Positions 28,692 through 41,894 are shown, numbered from the stretch's first letter. The stretch: DNA of 64,000 nt from Octopus vulgaris (GCA_951406725.2 OX597838.1:1550001-1614000); one strand, 5' to 3'. Notes: a model not told the origin generated them from the sequence alone. Made by a program: numbers and translations.

Positions 28692-29887
28692 GCACCCCGA
28701 TCACCACCAAGTATTTCATTTCACCAGTGGTGTACAGGGGAAGGACAGACATTTTGAAGAGAAGGTAATCAATCGATGAAATCGATCCTAAAATTTGACT
28801 GGTATTTGTTTGAACATCCCCAGAAGAATGCAAAACAGACATTTCCAGTGCGATTTTATCTGCTTTGTTATAACTGATCATAAAGGCGGATATAACGAAT
28901 TCAGACCCTGAAAGGGTAATTGTTATCTATTCCACGACACTTCAAAGATGGCCATCCAAACCAACTTTGAAGATAAGAAAAAAATTTTTTGTTAGATAAT
29001 TTCACAATTTTTGTTGAGAATACCAGGGGTAAAGCTGACATGTCTTTTACATATTTTATCCACCCAGGTACTTGACACAGAGATTTGCCGGAACAAAATG
29101 CCTCGTGGTGTTTGTTCTAGCTCTTTATGTACTACGTTCCGATGACCTTAGGTCTCAGATCTTGGGTTTTGTCTTTCTTTGCGAGTTGGGTGCATCGATA
29201 AATAAAGTAGTCGAGCCAGAGACAGCGATCGAACTGATGACGATGACAGGGGAAAAGGCAGACAGAATGGTTTTAGGAGCCGCTTGCCTCTGCCGTGACA
29301 GTGGATGAGGGTGCAAAACCTTAATAAATACGGCATCGTTGAAGAGGAAGAGGAAGGGGAAAAGAGGGAGAAGATGAGGAGGAGGAAGAAGAAAAGGGAG
29401 AAGAAGAAAAGAAGAGGAGAAGAAGAGGAGGCGAAGGAAGAAAATAAGAAAAAGGAGGAGGTGGAGAAGAAGACGACGACAAGCAAGGGAAATGATGTCG
29501 TTGATAGGTTGTACCCTATTGTATAACTGGTATTTGTAATAACCGATTACGCCTGGATTTGATCTGACTCTAGATGAGGTTAATTAACTGCAAAATAATT
29601 AGTGGAGTTAAATAAAAGCTACCAGAAATAGCAGGACAAATTCCTCTTTACAGTTTTTAAAAAGGATGTTTTAGATAATAAGTTTATGGGGTCTGGACTG
29701 ATCAGGAGGGTAGACAGCAATAAGAGGGATCAAACAAAAGGTTAATAAACGTTGAAATTAAGATCAATTTCTTTTTCTGGACGCACGGACATACGATTCT
29801 TTCGTTTAACATTTGAGTTTACACAGAGAAAATACTGTAACTCATAAAATTACCTTGCCCCTGCCTCCATCTTTGTAATATGTAATT

Positions 29888-30108
29888 CGAGGGAAGGAGT
29901 ACTGAAAAGTTCCCGGCTTTAAGGGTGTTGTGAAAGGCCTAGTTGGGGGCCCAAACTTCCGAGTTCGCTTTACAGGGTTTAGAAAAACTCAAGGACCGCT
30001 GCAGTAAGTGTGTGAATGTGACAGGGGAATATATTGAATAAGATCATAATTAACTGATCCTCCTGTATTTTCTTTTACCCAAAGCCACCAACCTTTCAGC
30101 ATCCCTAG
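29888..30108 (+). mobile_element. Mariner-derived MITE
   Basis: TIRs CGAGGG..TACTGAAAAGTTCCCGGCTTT / AAAGCCACCAACCTTTCAGCATCCCT; retains transposase 3' end GLEKLKDRCSKCVNVTGEYIE*. Confidence 0.8.
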
Positions 30109-30130
30109 CACCTATACGTGTATATGACTC

Positions 30131-30216
<86 letters not shown>

Positions 30217-30575
30217 ACGGTTGTTACCACCTCAACGAAGTTGTTCCAGATAGACCACCGTTGCTACTCTTTTTAACCCCAGGAGGACATCTCCTCCAGC
30301 TGGATGTAAGATCAGCGGCTGTGTCGCTTATTTATATATTGCAAACTAGGACGAACGACTGCCATGTCTCTCAGACAGGTATAACCAGTACCGAGGAAGG
30401 CTTATACCCAGAAACTAGTTAGTCTGTTGTTTGTAATATAGCTCCCTTGTTTGCAATATAACGGACACAGACCGTATGTCGATAACTAGCTGGAGAAGAT
30501 GTCCTCCTGGGGTTAAAAAGAGTAGCATTAAGTATGTACTGTATAGAACAGCCTCGTTGAGGTTGTAACAGCCTT
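30217..30575. mobile_element. Fold-back element, arms about 130 bp, HHR remnant in the loop
   Basis: TGCTACTCTTTTTAACCCCAGGAGGACATCTCCTCCAGCT (from 30262) pairs with 30488-30527 with one mismatch; loop has CCGAGGA-AGG..CCC-AGAAAC-TA-GTT; abuts (TA)n. Confidence 0.7.
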
Positions 30576-30661
30576 TACTATTCAGTAGAGTTAGTACTTG
30601 TATCTCGTACTGACAGTTTATACCTAACTACTTTGCTTGTTTTATATATACATATATATAT

Positions 30662-30707
<46 letters not shown>

Positions 30708-31201
30708 CGTGCGCAATATCTGAAATAGGGCAACAATGAAAAAGCTGAGTGATATATAAGACTATAGAAGAGGAAATTAGCTGAAGAAATAAAAGACAGG
30801 ACAGAACATTAATATTTGATATTCAAAATATATTTTCAAAGAAATACATAAATAAATAAATATAAAAGAAAGAAAAAAAGTGGCTCAAATAAGCAGAAAA
30901 AAAACCGTAAAGGGAAAACTTAGACACATAAAAGAATCTGAAAAGGAGAGAAAGAAACAAGAGAAAAAAAGGCCCCCGAAATATTCAGAAATAAATTTTA
31001 GATTGAAGAGAAGAGAATGGCAAAAAATATTGGTTGGTGTCTAAGAGATGTAGACGTGGGTGTTGGTTGAGTAGAATATCTGAGAAGAGAAGGAATGTTG
31101 GGTGGAAACACACACATACACACGAACGCACACACACACACATACATGTTTCGTGTACGCGTGTATACATATATGTGCCTATATACATGCGTGCTTGCGT
31201 A

Positions 31202-31241
<40 letters not shown>

Positions 31242-31310
31242 AAAGCAACGTTTTGGACTTACGACACTGTTGCATAATAGCAACGAATATATATATATAT
31301 TCACTTATTC

Positions 31311-31346
31311 CTTTCTGCTGAAGAGCGTAGGCTCGAAACGTAAAAG
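31311..31346 (+). ncRNA. Minimal hammerhead ribozyme (PLE type)
   Basis: CTGAAGA-GC-GTAG-GCTC-GAAAC-GTA-AAAG: intact core, short stem II, palindromic ACGT in place of stem III, weak stem I CTTT/AAAG. Confidence 0.75.
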
Positions 31347-31600
31347 ACACTTTCACTTTCCCGAGCGTCAAACTAATACACCTGCTTGCTGTTCATACAC
31401 CTGTCTTCGTTTTTTGCTTTTCTATAAATTTCAACTACATAAGTGTAACGGCCCAAAAGGGTAAGGACATCCGGTTACTTGGCTGAGGAAAGAAGACCAC
31501 AAATGACCCGTCTTTTCTTTTCCCCTGTCCTTCTAATTGTTGTTACTCCTGTCCGCCTTTCTACCGTCTTTCTGTCCGAATGTTTTATTGTCCTCTATTG

Positions 31601-31742
31601 CATTTTTGATATCTTGGCATATGAAGCAGCTGGAGATACGATAGTTTGACCAAAAGAACCGGCTATTGCAAGCAAGAAATAAATGTTGAAAAAAAATGCA
31701 TTTGGACGAAGTTGGACATACGACAGTTTAACATAATAGCAA

Positions 31743-31745
<3 letters not shown>
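31601..31745 (-). mobile_element. Fragment of the MITE seen at 53460-53715
   Basis: GATATCTTGGCAT.TGAAG.AGCTGGAGATACGATAGTTTGA is the reverse complement of 53558-53603; the other end is seen at 31241-31286. Confidence 0.7.
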
Positions 31746-31792
<47 letters not shown>

Positions 31793-31799
31793 GTATATG

Positions 31800-31882
<83 letters not shown>

Positions 31883-31883
31883 C

Positions 31884-31917
<34 letters not shown>

Positions 31918-32001
31918 ATAGAGAGATAGATAGCTAGATATAGATATATATATTCATACGCTCATATTTTAAGCTGTATTTTCCGTTTGCAGTAACATAC
32001 C

Positions 32002-32073
<72 letters not shown>

Positions 32074-32449
32074 CTTACATATATGTATTACGGATGTATA
32101 ATCCTTACTTTTAAAGAAGCGATTACTTGAGGATTTAGTGGAAACATTGTAGCAGAAAGATAGAAATGATGAAATCCGTCAAAGAATTAATAAAATAAAA
32201 TAAAATGAAATAAAATACAAAATAAATGTCAAGTTTTGTAAGAAAAGTTGAGAACCTAAAATAAGATGGCGGTCAGTAGACGGAGGAGAATGTTTGAGGT
32301 CGGCTGATACATTTCTATTGTGATATTTCTATAGTGTTTATTATATAAGCAGACGGTTGTGATGAGGTCGATGGAAATAAGAGTACAGGTGGTGGTGCGG
32401 GTGGTTGTAGTGGTGATTATAGGTGTGGTAGTTGTGGTGGGGTTGGTAG

Positions 32450-32467
32450 TTTTGATGATGATGTCAG

Positions 32468-32502
<35 letters not shown>

Positions 32503-32589
32503 CTACAGGTGTTGGGTTTATTAAAGTAGTAGTGGTGGTCTTCTTGCTGAGGATTTATCGATGATGGCGATGTAGCTATGACGACGACT

Positions 32590-32632
<43 letters not shown>

Positions 32633-32636
32633 CGAC

Positions 32637-32670
<34 letters not shown>

Positions 32671-32740
32671 GTGATGATGATAATGATGACGAGGACTATG
32701 ATGATGATGACGATGATGACGACGATGATGATGACGATCT
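32450..32740. repeat. (GAT)n / (GAC)n trinucleotide arrays
   Basis: Direct inspection. Confidence 0.9.
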
Positions 32741-33388
32741 CACTTTTGTAGACTGTCTCTAAAACACTTGCATATGTCTCATTAAACGAATATGACATGA
32801 GCAATGATTTAGCTCCTGTTTCTGAAACAAACCCATATATATATATATATTAACTGAGGCAATTATGCGTATAAACAAATTAGATATATTGAATATCATA
32901 TAACAGTTTGGGTATGAAAATCAAAATATGCATAAATGTATCCATGATAAATGAGAGAAATATCTATAAATTTGTACTTAAATATTCATCGTCTGAAAGT
33001 CTTTATCTTTTAATTTCTCTCGATTTCTCTCGTTTTTCATGTACACATATTTTGTGCCCAGACTGTTGTATTATACCTAATTTGTTTTTTTCCGCATAAT
33101 TGTCTCTATATCTGCTCAGCTTGGTCCCTCTTATAGTCGCTCTTTACCCTGTGGAATCGATCCCCTGTAAAGATATCGGAGTCTAAGTTTGAACCTTTTT
33201 TAGCCCTACGTAGTGTCTCCTGTCATGAGTTCCAGACGAAACTTCCAGTCACAGCGATTGAACTTAACGATATCTACAAGAATATTGTTCGCCATGTATT
33301 GAGTGCTACGATTCGTTGAGTTACCATGACTTGATAATTATTCTTATGATCTCTCGCTCTCTGTCTCTCTCTCTCTCTCGTTCTCTCT

Positions 33389-33431
<43 letters not shown>

Positions 33432-33479
33432 CGTATACACAAACACACACACGTATATATATATATGTATATATGTGTG

Positions 33480-33520
<41 letters not shown>

Positions 33521-34331
33521 CATATACATACATACACATACACACATATATATACATATATATATATATATATACGCTCATCGAGATACTTGTATATTCT
33601 GTAACCCTGATATTTTTGTTATTTTACATAGTCCGCACCCAAGAAAACCACCACCAGCACCACTGCCATCATCATCATCATCATCATCATGAACATCATC
33701 AATTATCTTGAGGTTGTTATCATTTGAATTATGTGTCCATTTTAACATCACATTATCCATTGCCAGGGCCATTTAAGTCTCGCTTAAGCCAGAAGAGGTC
33801 AAACAGGATTAGATCATTCTGACCTCTCTTGTCTCTGGATTACATACATGTTTATATGTGTGCGTGTATGTGTGTGTGTGTGTGTGTGCGTGCATGAGTC
33901 GAAGATCAGACACACAGACCGCTGGTAATGCTAAAAACAAATGCTGTATGGATATAATTTAGGCTAAAAGACACACACACACATTTTTGCCAAAATATTC
34001 ATACTGTCACAGATACATAGGTAGATGAAGACGCAGACACACACACACACACATACACATACACACGCGCACACGCAGAAAACCTCCAAAGATAGGTATT
34101 CACTGTGATGACGATGATCGTCATGGTCACAGCCACCGCTGTGTAAAACAGTGACCTCCATGAACACACCGCCGCCACCGCCACCGCCGCCACCGCCACC
34201 GCCGCCACCGCCACCGCCGCCACCGCCACCGCCGCCATCACCACCACCACCGCATGAAACAATATCAACAATATTAACTTTAATAAGAATAACAATAGCA
34301 AGTATACGTTATATCTTTCTCTCTTTGTTTT

Positions 34332-34384
<53 letters not shown>

Positions 34385-35350
34385 GACGACTATTTGATAT
34401 ATAAATCCGATGAATTAAAAAGTAGGTTGATAGATACATAGACAGACTGACAGATGACTAGATAGGTAGTTAAATGCATAGATCGATCGTTAGTTAGACA
34501 AACAGATAGATAAATAGATAAGTAGACCGGCAGACGACTATTTGATATATATCTAATGGATTGAAATTAGGTAGGTAGATAGATAGATTTCACGCAAGGC
34601 CGAACACAAAATACAATGTAGAATTTTTCTTTTCGAAAACGATCAAAAGGGATGGAAAACGTTTTGGGACGTGTACACAAGGAAATAACAAACGTGTTTT
34701 TTTCTAAGTAGAGCTCCCAAAAGGGAGATTAAATATAACATTGACGAGGTTTATCCGTGGAATGAAAAAACCCACGGTAATATCAGATAAATAGATAGAT
34801 AGATAGATAGATAGATAGAGGGGTAGATAGATAGATAGATAGATAGAGGGTAGATAGATAGATAACAGTTTATTGTGAGAGGCAGGGGAAAAGAAGAAAT
34901 GGAGAAGAAACGAAAGATTATATGTAATGTGAGGAATGGTGTAAAGGGTGGGAGAGGGAAGGGTTTAGTTAGTGGTGTTAATGTGGAGGGGTGGGAGAGA
35001 AAGAGAGTGAACGGAAAGTGAGAGAGAGTGAGAGAAAGAGAGAGGGGAAAGAGACAACATAGCTTAATGTGGGAACGGATGAAGAGGAGGAGAGTGTGAC
35101 AGGATGTAATGTCAGATGTGAGGGGACGGTGAGAGAGGGAGGCAGATAGATAAATAGATAGATAGATAGAGAGAGAGAAGGAGTAAAGAATATCATTTAA
35201 TGTGTAGGAGGGGCGGGAATGGATGGGGAGGTGTGTATGTGTGCAGCACCTTGGTGTGTGAGATAATGTTTATAGGATTTGAAACGAATGTACTTTGAGC
35301 AAATTGTCATTGATTTATATAACATGGTTTAAAGTTGCTCACCATAGACA

Positions 35351-35371
35351 ACCACCACCACCACCACCACC

Positions 35372-35421
<50 letters not shown>

Positions 35422-35546
35422 CTTCACCGCCGCCGCTACCAACACCAGCACCGCAACCACCACAATCAATCCCCCCTCCCCTCCTCCTCCTCCCCTCCTC
35501 TCCTCCTCCCCTCCTCCTCCTTCTCCTCCTACCACCTACCACCACC

Positions 35547-35638
<92 letters not shown>

Positions 35639-35655
35639 GACTACGACTACTACTA
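35351..35655. repeat. Compound (ACC)n-(ACT)n-(CCT)n array
   Basis: Direct inspection. Confidence 0.9.
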
Positions 35656-35859
35656 ATTTTCTTTCTTTTTCTAAATCCTCTCCTTTTCCTGTCCCGAGCC
35701 ACCTTCCTTCCATTTCCATACATTCTGCGTCTACACATTTCTACATACACTGTTGCACAACAATATACGCACACCACCGATCAATCCATCAATCTATCAA
35801 TATGCCTGCTCGAACAGGGTTGAACTCGATTCTACAACAATACCAACGAATTGTTTGCC

Positions 35860-35926
<67 letters not shown>

Positions 35927-35967
35927 GTCTCTCTGTGTATCTATCTAGTTATCAATCTATCTTTCTA

Positions 35968-36048
<81 letters not shown>

Positions 36049-36049
36049 A

Positions 36050-36400
36050 AAATTGTGATTAGAAACCTAGTTTCAGGCATCAATAGAAAAATCCCTAGAT
36101 TTTCTGTGGACAGAAAACTTCAACAAAGCCGCTCCCATTACAACGAGGCTTACGGAGGAGTGGATTCACTGAGAAAGTGGTACATTTAGAAGATCCCATA
36201 CTTTCCCCTGCACCCGAAGAGAGCAAGAAAGAGAAAGATAATCTGTTTCAACCCTCTATTTAACAAATAGGTTTCACCCAACATAGTTAGGAGCTTCCTG
36301 TTTTTGACCAAGAAACTTTTCCTAGAGACCATAAGTACTACACACTCTTCAACTCATACAACGTTAAGGTTAGTTACTTCTGCTTAGACAACATCGCTCC
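36050..36400 (+). mobile_element. Decayed Penelope-like RT thumb/linker fragment (Naiad/Hydra-like)
   Basis: Frameshifted translation FNKAAP.YNEA..RSGF..KRARKRK-IICFNPLFNK*VSPNIVRSFL..FPRDHKYYTLFNSYNVKVSYFCLDNI matches the RKRNIIWFNPP..HFP..H..FN...KVSYSC signature. Confidence 0.75.
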
Positions 36401-36934
36401 TAACAGGACATGCTACAACAGACGTATGCACACATCTACACAGCTCCTGGCCTACACCCAACCTCTAACAACTGTAATCTACCCAACTACCTGCTCACAC
36501 CACCCTCACTCCATCAGATGGACAAGTATAATATACATATATACATATATGCATACATAGATACATACATACAAATACTTACATACTTACATACAAATAT
36601 ACAAACATGCATAACTCTATAAGTGGAATAGTTATGATTTGTAAGAGTTTTCTAAAGTTCAACATGTAACTTTCGTCGTTGTTCTTATCTCAAATTACCG
36701 CGAAGGAACTTTGTTGCTTTGTTAGAAACAGAGATAGTCGATACGGGTGTGAGCTGTGGAAACTTATGAGATTTTTAAGTATAGGGACAACAACAACCTG
36801 ATTAATAATAGATTAGACCTAAGGGTATCATGCGTGCAAAGCGTCACCTGTACATTGAAGTATTTTCGAAATTAGCGATTACAGGTGAAAAAAATTATAT
36901 TAATGAGCCCAACTGATTAAAATTCTATTTATTT

Positions 36935-37022
36935 GTGCAGCTGATGATAGCCCTGCATTTCAGTTGATGTAATGATTGCATTGTTCAATTGAATGGAGCT
37001 GCTTGAAACGGCCGTACTGCAT
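36935..37022 (+). ncRNA. Type I hammerhead ribozyme, intact core
   Basis: Stem I TGCAG/CTGCA; CTGATGA 36941-36947; long irregular stem II (CATTTCAGTTGA/TCAATTGAATG, TGTAAT/ATTGCA); GAAAC-GGCC-GTA with palindromic stem III; predicted cleavage after 37016. Confidence 0.85.
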
Positions 37023-37083
37023 CACTTCTTGATATCCTATTGCTTATTTTGATATATATATATATATATATATATAACCTTAA

Positions 37084-38566
37084 TATATATATAACCTTAG
37101 GACATTAATCAACACATACCAAGAAGGACTCACGAACAAGGAGTATGAATACATCACTAACTTCAAATGCAAATCGAGTTTGTTCTATGGTATCCCTAAG
37201 GTACACAAAAGCCAAACCATTAGAGAAACGTGCAAAACATCCACCGACACACTCATCAAAATCCCTTCACCAAATGATCTTAAACTAAGACCGATAATAG
37301 CAGGGCCAGCATGTGAAACTCACCGCCTCAGCAATTTCTTAGACACACTTCTTAAACCTTTCCTAAAACACATCAAAAGCTACGTAAGAGACGATATAGA
37401 TATGCTCAACCACCTCCCTAAGACAGTCAATGAGAAAACCCTTCTAGTATCATTCGACGTAGTTAATCTTTATTCTAACATCCCTCACAACCTAGGAATA
37501 GAAGCAATCACCTTCTGGCTGAATAACTACCCCTTTGAACTCCCAACTCGCATAAACAAAGACCTTATAATAGAAGGACTTAGATTCATTTTAGAGAACA
37601 ATTATTTTATTTTTGACAATGATTTCTACAGGCAAAGATCGGGAACAGCGATGGGCACGCGTACTGCACCATCTTTTGCCAACCTAGTGATGGGATACCT
37701 CGAGAAAATACTATACCGGATGACACTCGAGAAATATGGAAACACCTTCGCCACCTATATCCATAACAACTGGAAAAGATACCTCGATGACTGTTTCATC
37801 ATCTGGGACAAAGGCATAGAGAAACTTGAGGAATTTAAAATTCTATTAAATGGAATAAATGACAATATACAATTCACGATGGACCACAACGAAAAAGAAT
37901 TACCATTTTTAGACATCCTCATTAAGAAAACCGGCAACAAAATAGAGACAGATATCTACTATAAACCGACAGACTCCAAACAGTACCTACCCTTTGATTC
38001 ATGCCACCCACGACACACTAGAATGAATGTCCCTTTTTGTTTAGCTAGAAGGATTTGCACCATAATATCAGACACAAACACCCGACACACACGTCTCCAG
38101 GAACTTAGAACCACACTCACAAATAGAAACTATCCACAGCCCCTAATAGACAGTGCAATACAACGGGTACTTAAATTAAGTATAGAAGACCTGAGACGAA
38201 CAAAACCAAAAAAGAAAGAACAATTAAAAACCCTTCCCTACATCTCTACACACAACCCACTCAACAATGAGGCCTTCAACACCATACTACAAAGCACAGC
38301 CCTACTAAAGGGAGACCCAAAGATGAACCGGATCCTCGAAACACACACCATCATTAAAAGTAAACGGCAACCAAAATCCTTGAAAAGGATTTTAACCCAA
38401 GCTACACTGCACTCAACATCAACCACAAAACCAGCAGTTAGAAAATGTGGAAGGCCCAACTGCGGAATCTGTGTCATCTTGAAAGAAGGATCAGAATTTA
38501 TACTGGAACAAGGCCATCAGTTCACCATTAGAATACAGCAGCATTTTCGAACTTCATTTTTTACAA
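37084..38566 (+). mobile_element. Penelope-like element reverse transcriptase, 5'- and 3'-truncated (Neptune-like)
   Basis: Uninterrupted frame from 37084: FYGIPKVHK, LRPIIAG, SFDVVNLYSNIP, GTAMG..APSFANL, KRYLDDCF, LPFLDI, YYKPTD..YL..SCHP, then Cys linker CGRPNCGIC. Similarity stops before the GIY-YIG motif; (TA)n on both sides. Confidence 0.92.
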
Positions 38567-38645
38567 ATATATATATATATATATACATACATATATATAT
38601 ATGTATGTATCTATGTATGTAGGTGTGTATGTATAAGTGGGTATG

Positions 38646-38691
<46 letters not shown>

Positions 38692-39229
38692 ATATGACGT
38701 TTCGTGTGTAAAAGGTTTAAATATCTAGCTTAGCATGGTAAAAATGTTATCTCCTTTAGAAGATTGATATATTAAATATCACTCGTACAGAAATCTAATT
38801 ACCATCACTAAGAAGGATATTCCTCAAACATACAGAGAAGCATTAAAGGTTATATTTTTGTATGTATGTATGTATGTATGTATGTATGTATGTATGTGAA
38901 TATGTATGCAAATGTATGTATGTATGTATGTATGTATGTAAGTTTGTATGCATGCATGTGTGTGTGTGTTTGTATGTGTGTGTATAACTGTTCCTTTACG
39001 GTAAGATCAACAAAAATTACTCCATCTAATGAGCGATAAGTATCATTTAATGGACACAGTATAATGATAGGTGCTATAAATGTTTTGTTTTTCGGAGAGG
39101 AGGGTCTAGGAAGGATTTTATAATACTCCTTGTGTCTCCAAGCAATCTTCGGGATTTTAGGAGAGGCAATTATAACTGTCTTAGGTTATTTTAATTTTAG
39201 TATATCATTAGTATACATCTAATAAGCTG

Positions 39230-39860
39230 ATCCACCACTTTTTGTTCGACCGGATTGAAGGAGACGGATGCAACAGCACTTTGAGCACACTCTACTAGGA
39301 CACTGCTTGTCACAGTTGACTAATCTGCAGAATGCAACGTAGTCACCATGAGACAGAGTGCCCGATGGAATCATCATGGCTTCCCTAGACCCAAGAATGC
39401 CAGTCCAGTGGGAAACTCATGATGATCCGCTTTTCTGACAACAAACGCATCATGTACATCCACTGGGTATCCTCTGGACAGATGATCAACAAAGTGCTTT
39501 CGGGAGGTTTTGAGAGAGATCAGGCAGAGATTTTATCGCAAAAGGTTATTCTTCCACTCGGATCAGTGGTGCCAGCTTTAGAACCATACACCTCCAACCT
39601 GGTGACTAACAACTTGACAGGGATGAGCATCAACACTGTCCTCCAGAATTTGCTGGCTGTGAGTTTTGGTTGTTCCCCAAGCTGAAGGAGAATTTCAAGG
39701 GAAATCGTTTTCAAGCCATTGAAAAGCTGAAGGAGGTTGAGTAAAGGGTCCTGGACACCTTCAGTTTGGGGGACTTCCATGGGGTCTCCTCGAAGTGGCT
39801 AGAGTGCTACAAGTACCCCGAGGCCAGACTTTTCTAGTTTGAAGGAGATTAGATTAGTAC
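39230..39860 (+). mobile_element. Decayed mariner transposase remnant
   Basis: Broken RQSA.W.HHG.PRPK..SSGKLMMI.F.D.K.I.YIHWV.SGQ.INK motifs; ends at a SINE insertion. Confidence 0.7.
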
Positions 39861-39880
39861 TTTAATAAATGTCCCTTTCT

Positions 39881-40097
39881 AAGGCGGCGAGTTGGCAGAA
39901 ATGTTAGCACGCCGGGCGAAATGCTCAGCGGTAGTTCGTCTGTTTTTACTTTCTAAGGTCAAATTCCTCCGAGGTCGACTTTGCCTTTCATCCTTTCGGG
40001 GTCGATAAATTAAGTATTTGTGGTGTATAGGGGTCGATCAAATTGACTGCATCTACCCACTAAAATTTCGGGCCTTGTGCCTAGAGTAGAAAAGAAA
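39881..40097 (+). mobile_element. SINE family 1, near full length
   Basis: AAGGCGGCGAGTTGGCAGAA head to GGGCCTTGTGCCTAGAGTAGAAAAGAA tail. Confidence 0.85.
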
Positions 40098-40164
40098 GAA
40101 TAAATATCCTTTCTGAAAAACTTTCAGAACTGGAAAGCACTTGGTGCATGAATACATAATACAT

Positions 40165-40223
<59 letters not shown>

Positions 40224-40286
40224 CTGTGGAAGTCGCTTATTAGAATCACGGACAATGTTGTCAAATGTGTATTGTCTCCAAAATGA

Positions 40287-40321
<35 letters not shown>

Positions 40322-40429
40322 GCGTGTTTATTTCTATAGACTCAGAAACATTGTATTTCGGTGTTTTATGCGTTGCTTTATATAGAAACACATGCATATA
40401 CGATAAGGTAAGTAAAACAGGTAAAGATT

Positions 40430-40672
40430 ATCTGCTCGAGTCCTACCGACTCATGACAGTTGCTTTGCCGGTTTCCATGGCTTATATATTAATTCCCCAC
40501 GTGGAGGGGACGCCAGTCCGTCGCAGGATTAACTCATATTTGTCAGATGAGTGGAGTGGAGCGACGTGAAATTAAGTGTTTTGCTCAAGAACACAAGCAT
40601 CGCCCGGTACAGCATTCGAAAGCACAATCGTACGATCATGAGTCCAACACCCCAACCACTAGGCCACGCACC
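40430..40672 (-). mobile_element. SINE related to family 3
   Basis: Minus strand GGTGCGTGGCCTAGTGGTT head and GTGTTCTTGAGCAAAACACTT core. Confidence 0.7.
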
Positions 40673-40823
40673 TCCATTGTATGACATGCCCATGCTATAT
40701 ATATAAATATATATATATATGCATGTATGTATGTATGTATATCTATATATGATATATATATGTATGTATATAATATATATATATATATGTGTATATATGT
40801 ATATACAATATATATATACATAC

Positions 40824-40904
<81 letters not shown>

Positions 40905-41327
40905 TAGATAGATAGATATATAGATAGGTAGATATGCTGTATGTTTATGTGTTTCTATGGTAACGTTTCATTGTGCACCAATCATGTTTCTGATCCGATC
41001 AATTGGCCAACAATAGGAAAAAGATAGAATCTTTGAAAAACAAAAACAACAGCAGCAGCAGCAGCATAAAAAGCAACAACAAAGCAATTCCCCACAAACC
41101 AGTAGAGTTTAGAATGGTGTCAATGTTGCCTTTTTTAATGGTCTTCGATTCTATTGAATTTTATAGCCAGCCCCGCCACCGCCACCACCACCGCCACCGC
41201 CGGCACCAGCACCACCGCCGCCGCCACTACCACCTGATCTCTGTCTGTTTCCAGCTCTTTTCTCTCTATTTCTTTCAGTGAGCGGGTTTCTGCGTACGTC
41301 TCTCCCTCTCTCCCTCTCAATCTCTTT

Positions 41328-41368
<41 letters not shown>

Positions 41369-41512
41369 CATATATAAATACACACATTCACACACACACA
41401 TATATATATATATATATACATATATGTATATAGATGTATATATGGTAAATATATGTATGCATGTACGTGTGTGTATTATCTATGTATGTATGCATGTATG
41501 TATGTGTGTGTG

Positions 41513-41596
<84 letters not shown>

Positions 41597-41602
41597 ATAT
41601 GT

Positions 41603-41740
41603 GGGTGCGTGGTAAGGAGTTTCTCCCACGACCTCATCGTTCCGGTTTCAATCTTGTGATAAGTACATTCTGCTATATTCTCCGAGTTGACTAAAATCTT
41701 GTGGGTGAATTTAGTAAACGGAAACTGAAAGAAGCAAGTC

Positions 41741-41742
<2 letters not shown>
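41603..41742 (+). mobile_element. SINE family 2, diverged 5' part
   Basis: GTGGTAAGGAG..CTTGTGGGTGAATTTAGTAAACGGAAACTGAAAGAAG. Confidence 0.6.
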
Positions 41743-41783
<41 letters not shown>

Positions 41784-41842
41784 TACACACATATACATAC
41801 ACACACGTATATATTCACGCTTCTATATGCATATATAATATA

Positions 41843-41894
<52 letters not shown>

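Noticed and set aside
33219-33252. CTGTCATGA..GACGAAAC..GTC hammerhead-like string
   Set aside because: Core interrupted and stems weak; could be a relic but is not supportable.
37075-37099. TAACCT motifs resembling telomeric repeats at the PLE junction
   Set aside because: Only two copies, explained by the local 17-bp duplication.
38694-38730. Minus-strand GAAACGTC downstream of the PLE
   Set aside because: No CTGANGA or stem II upstream of it.
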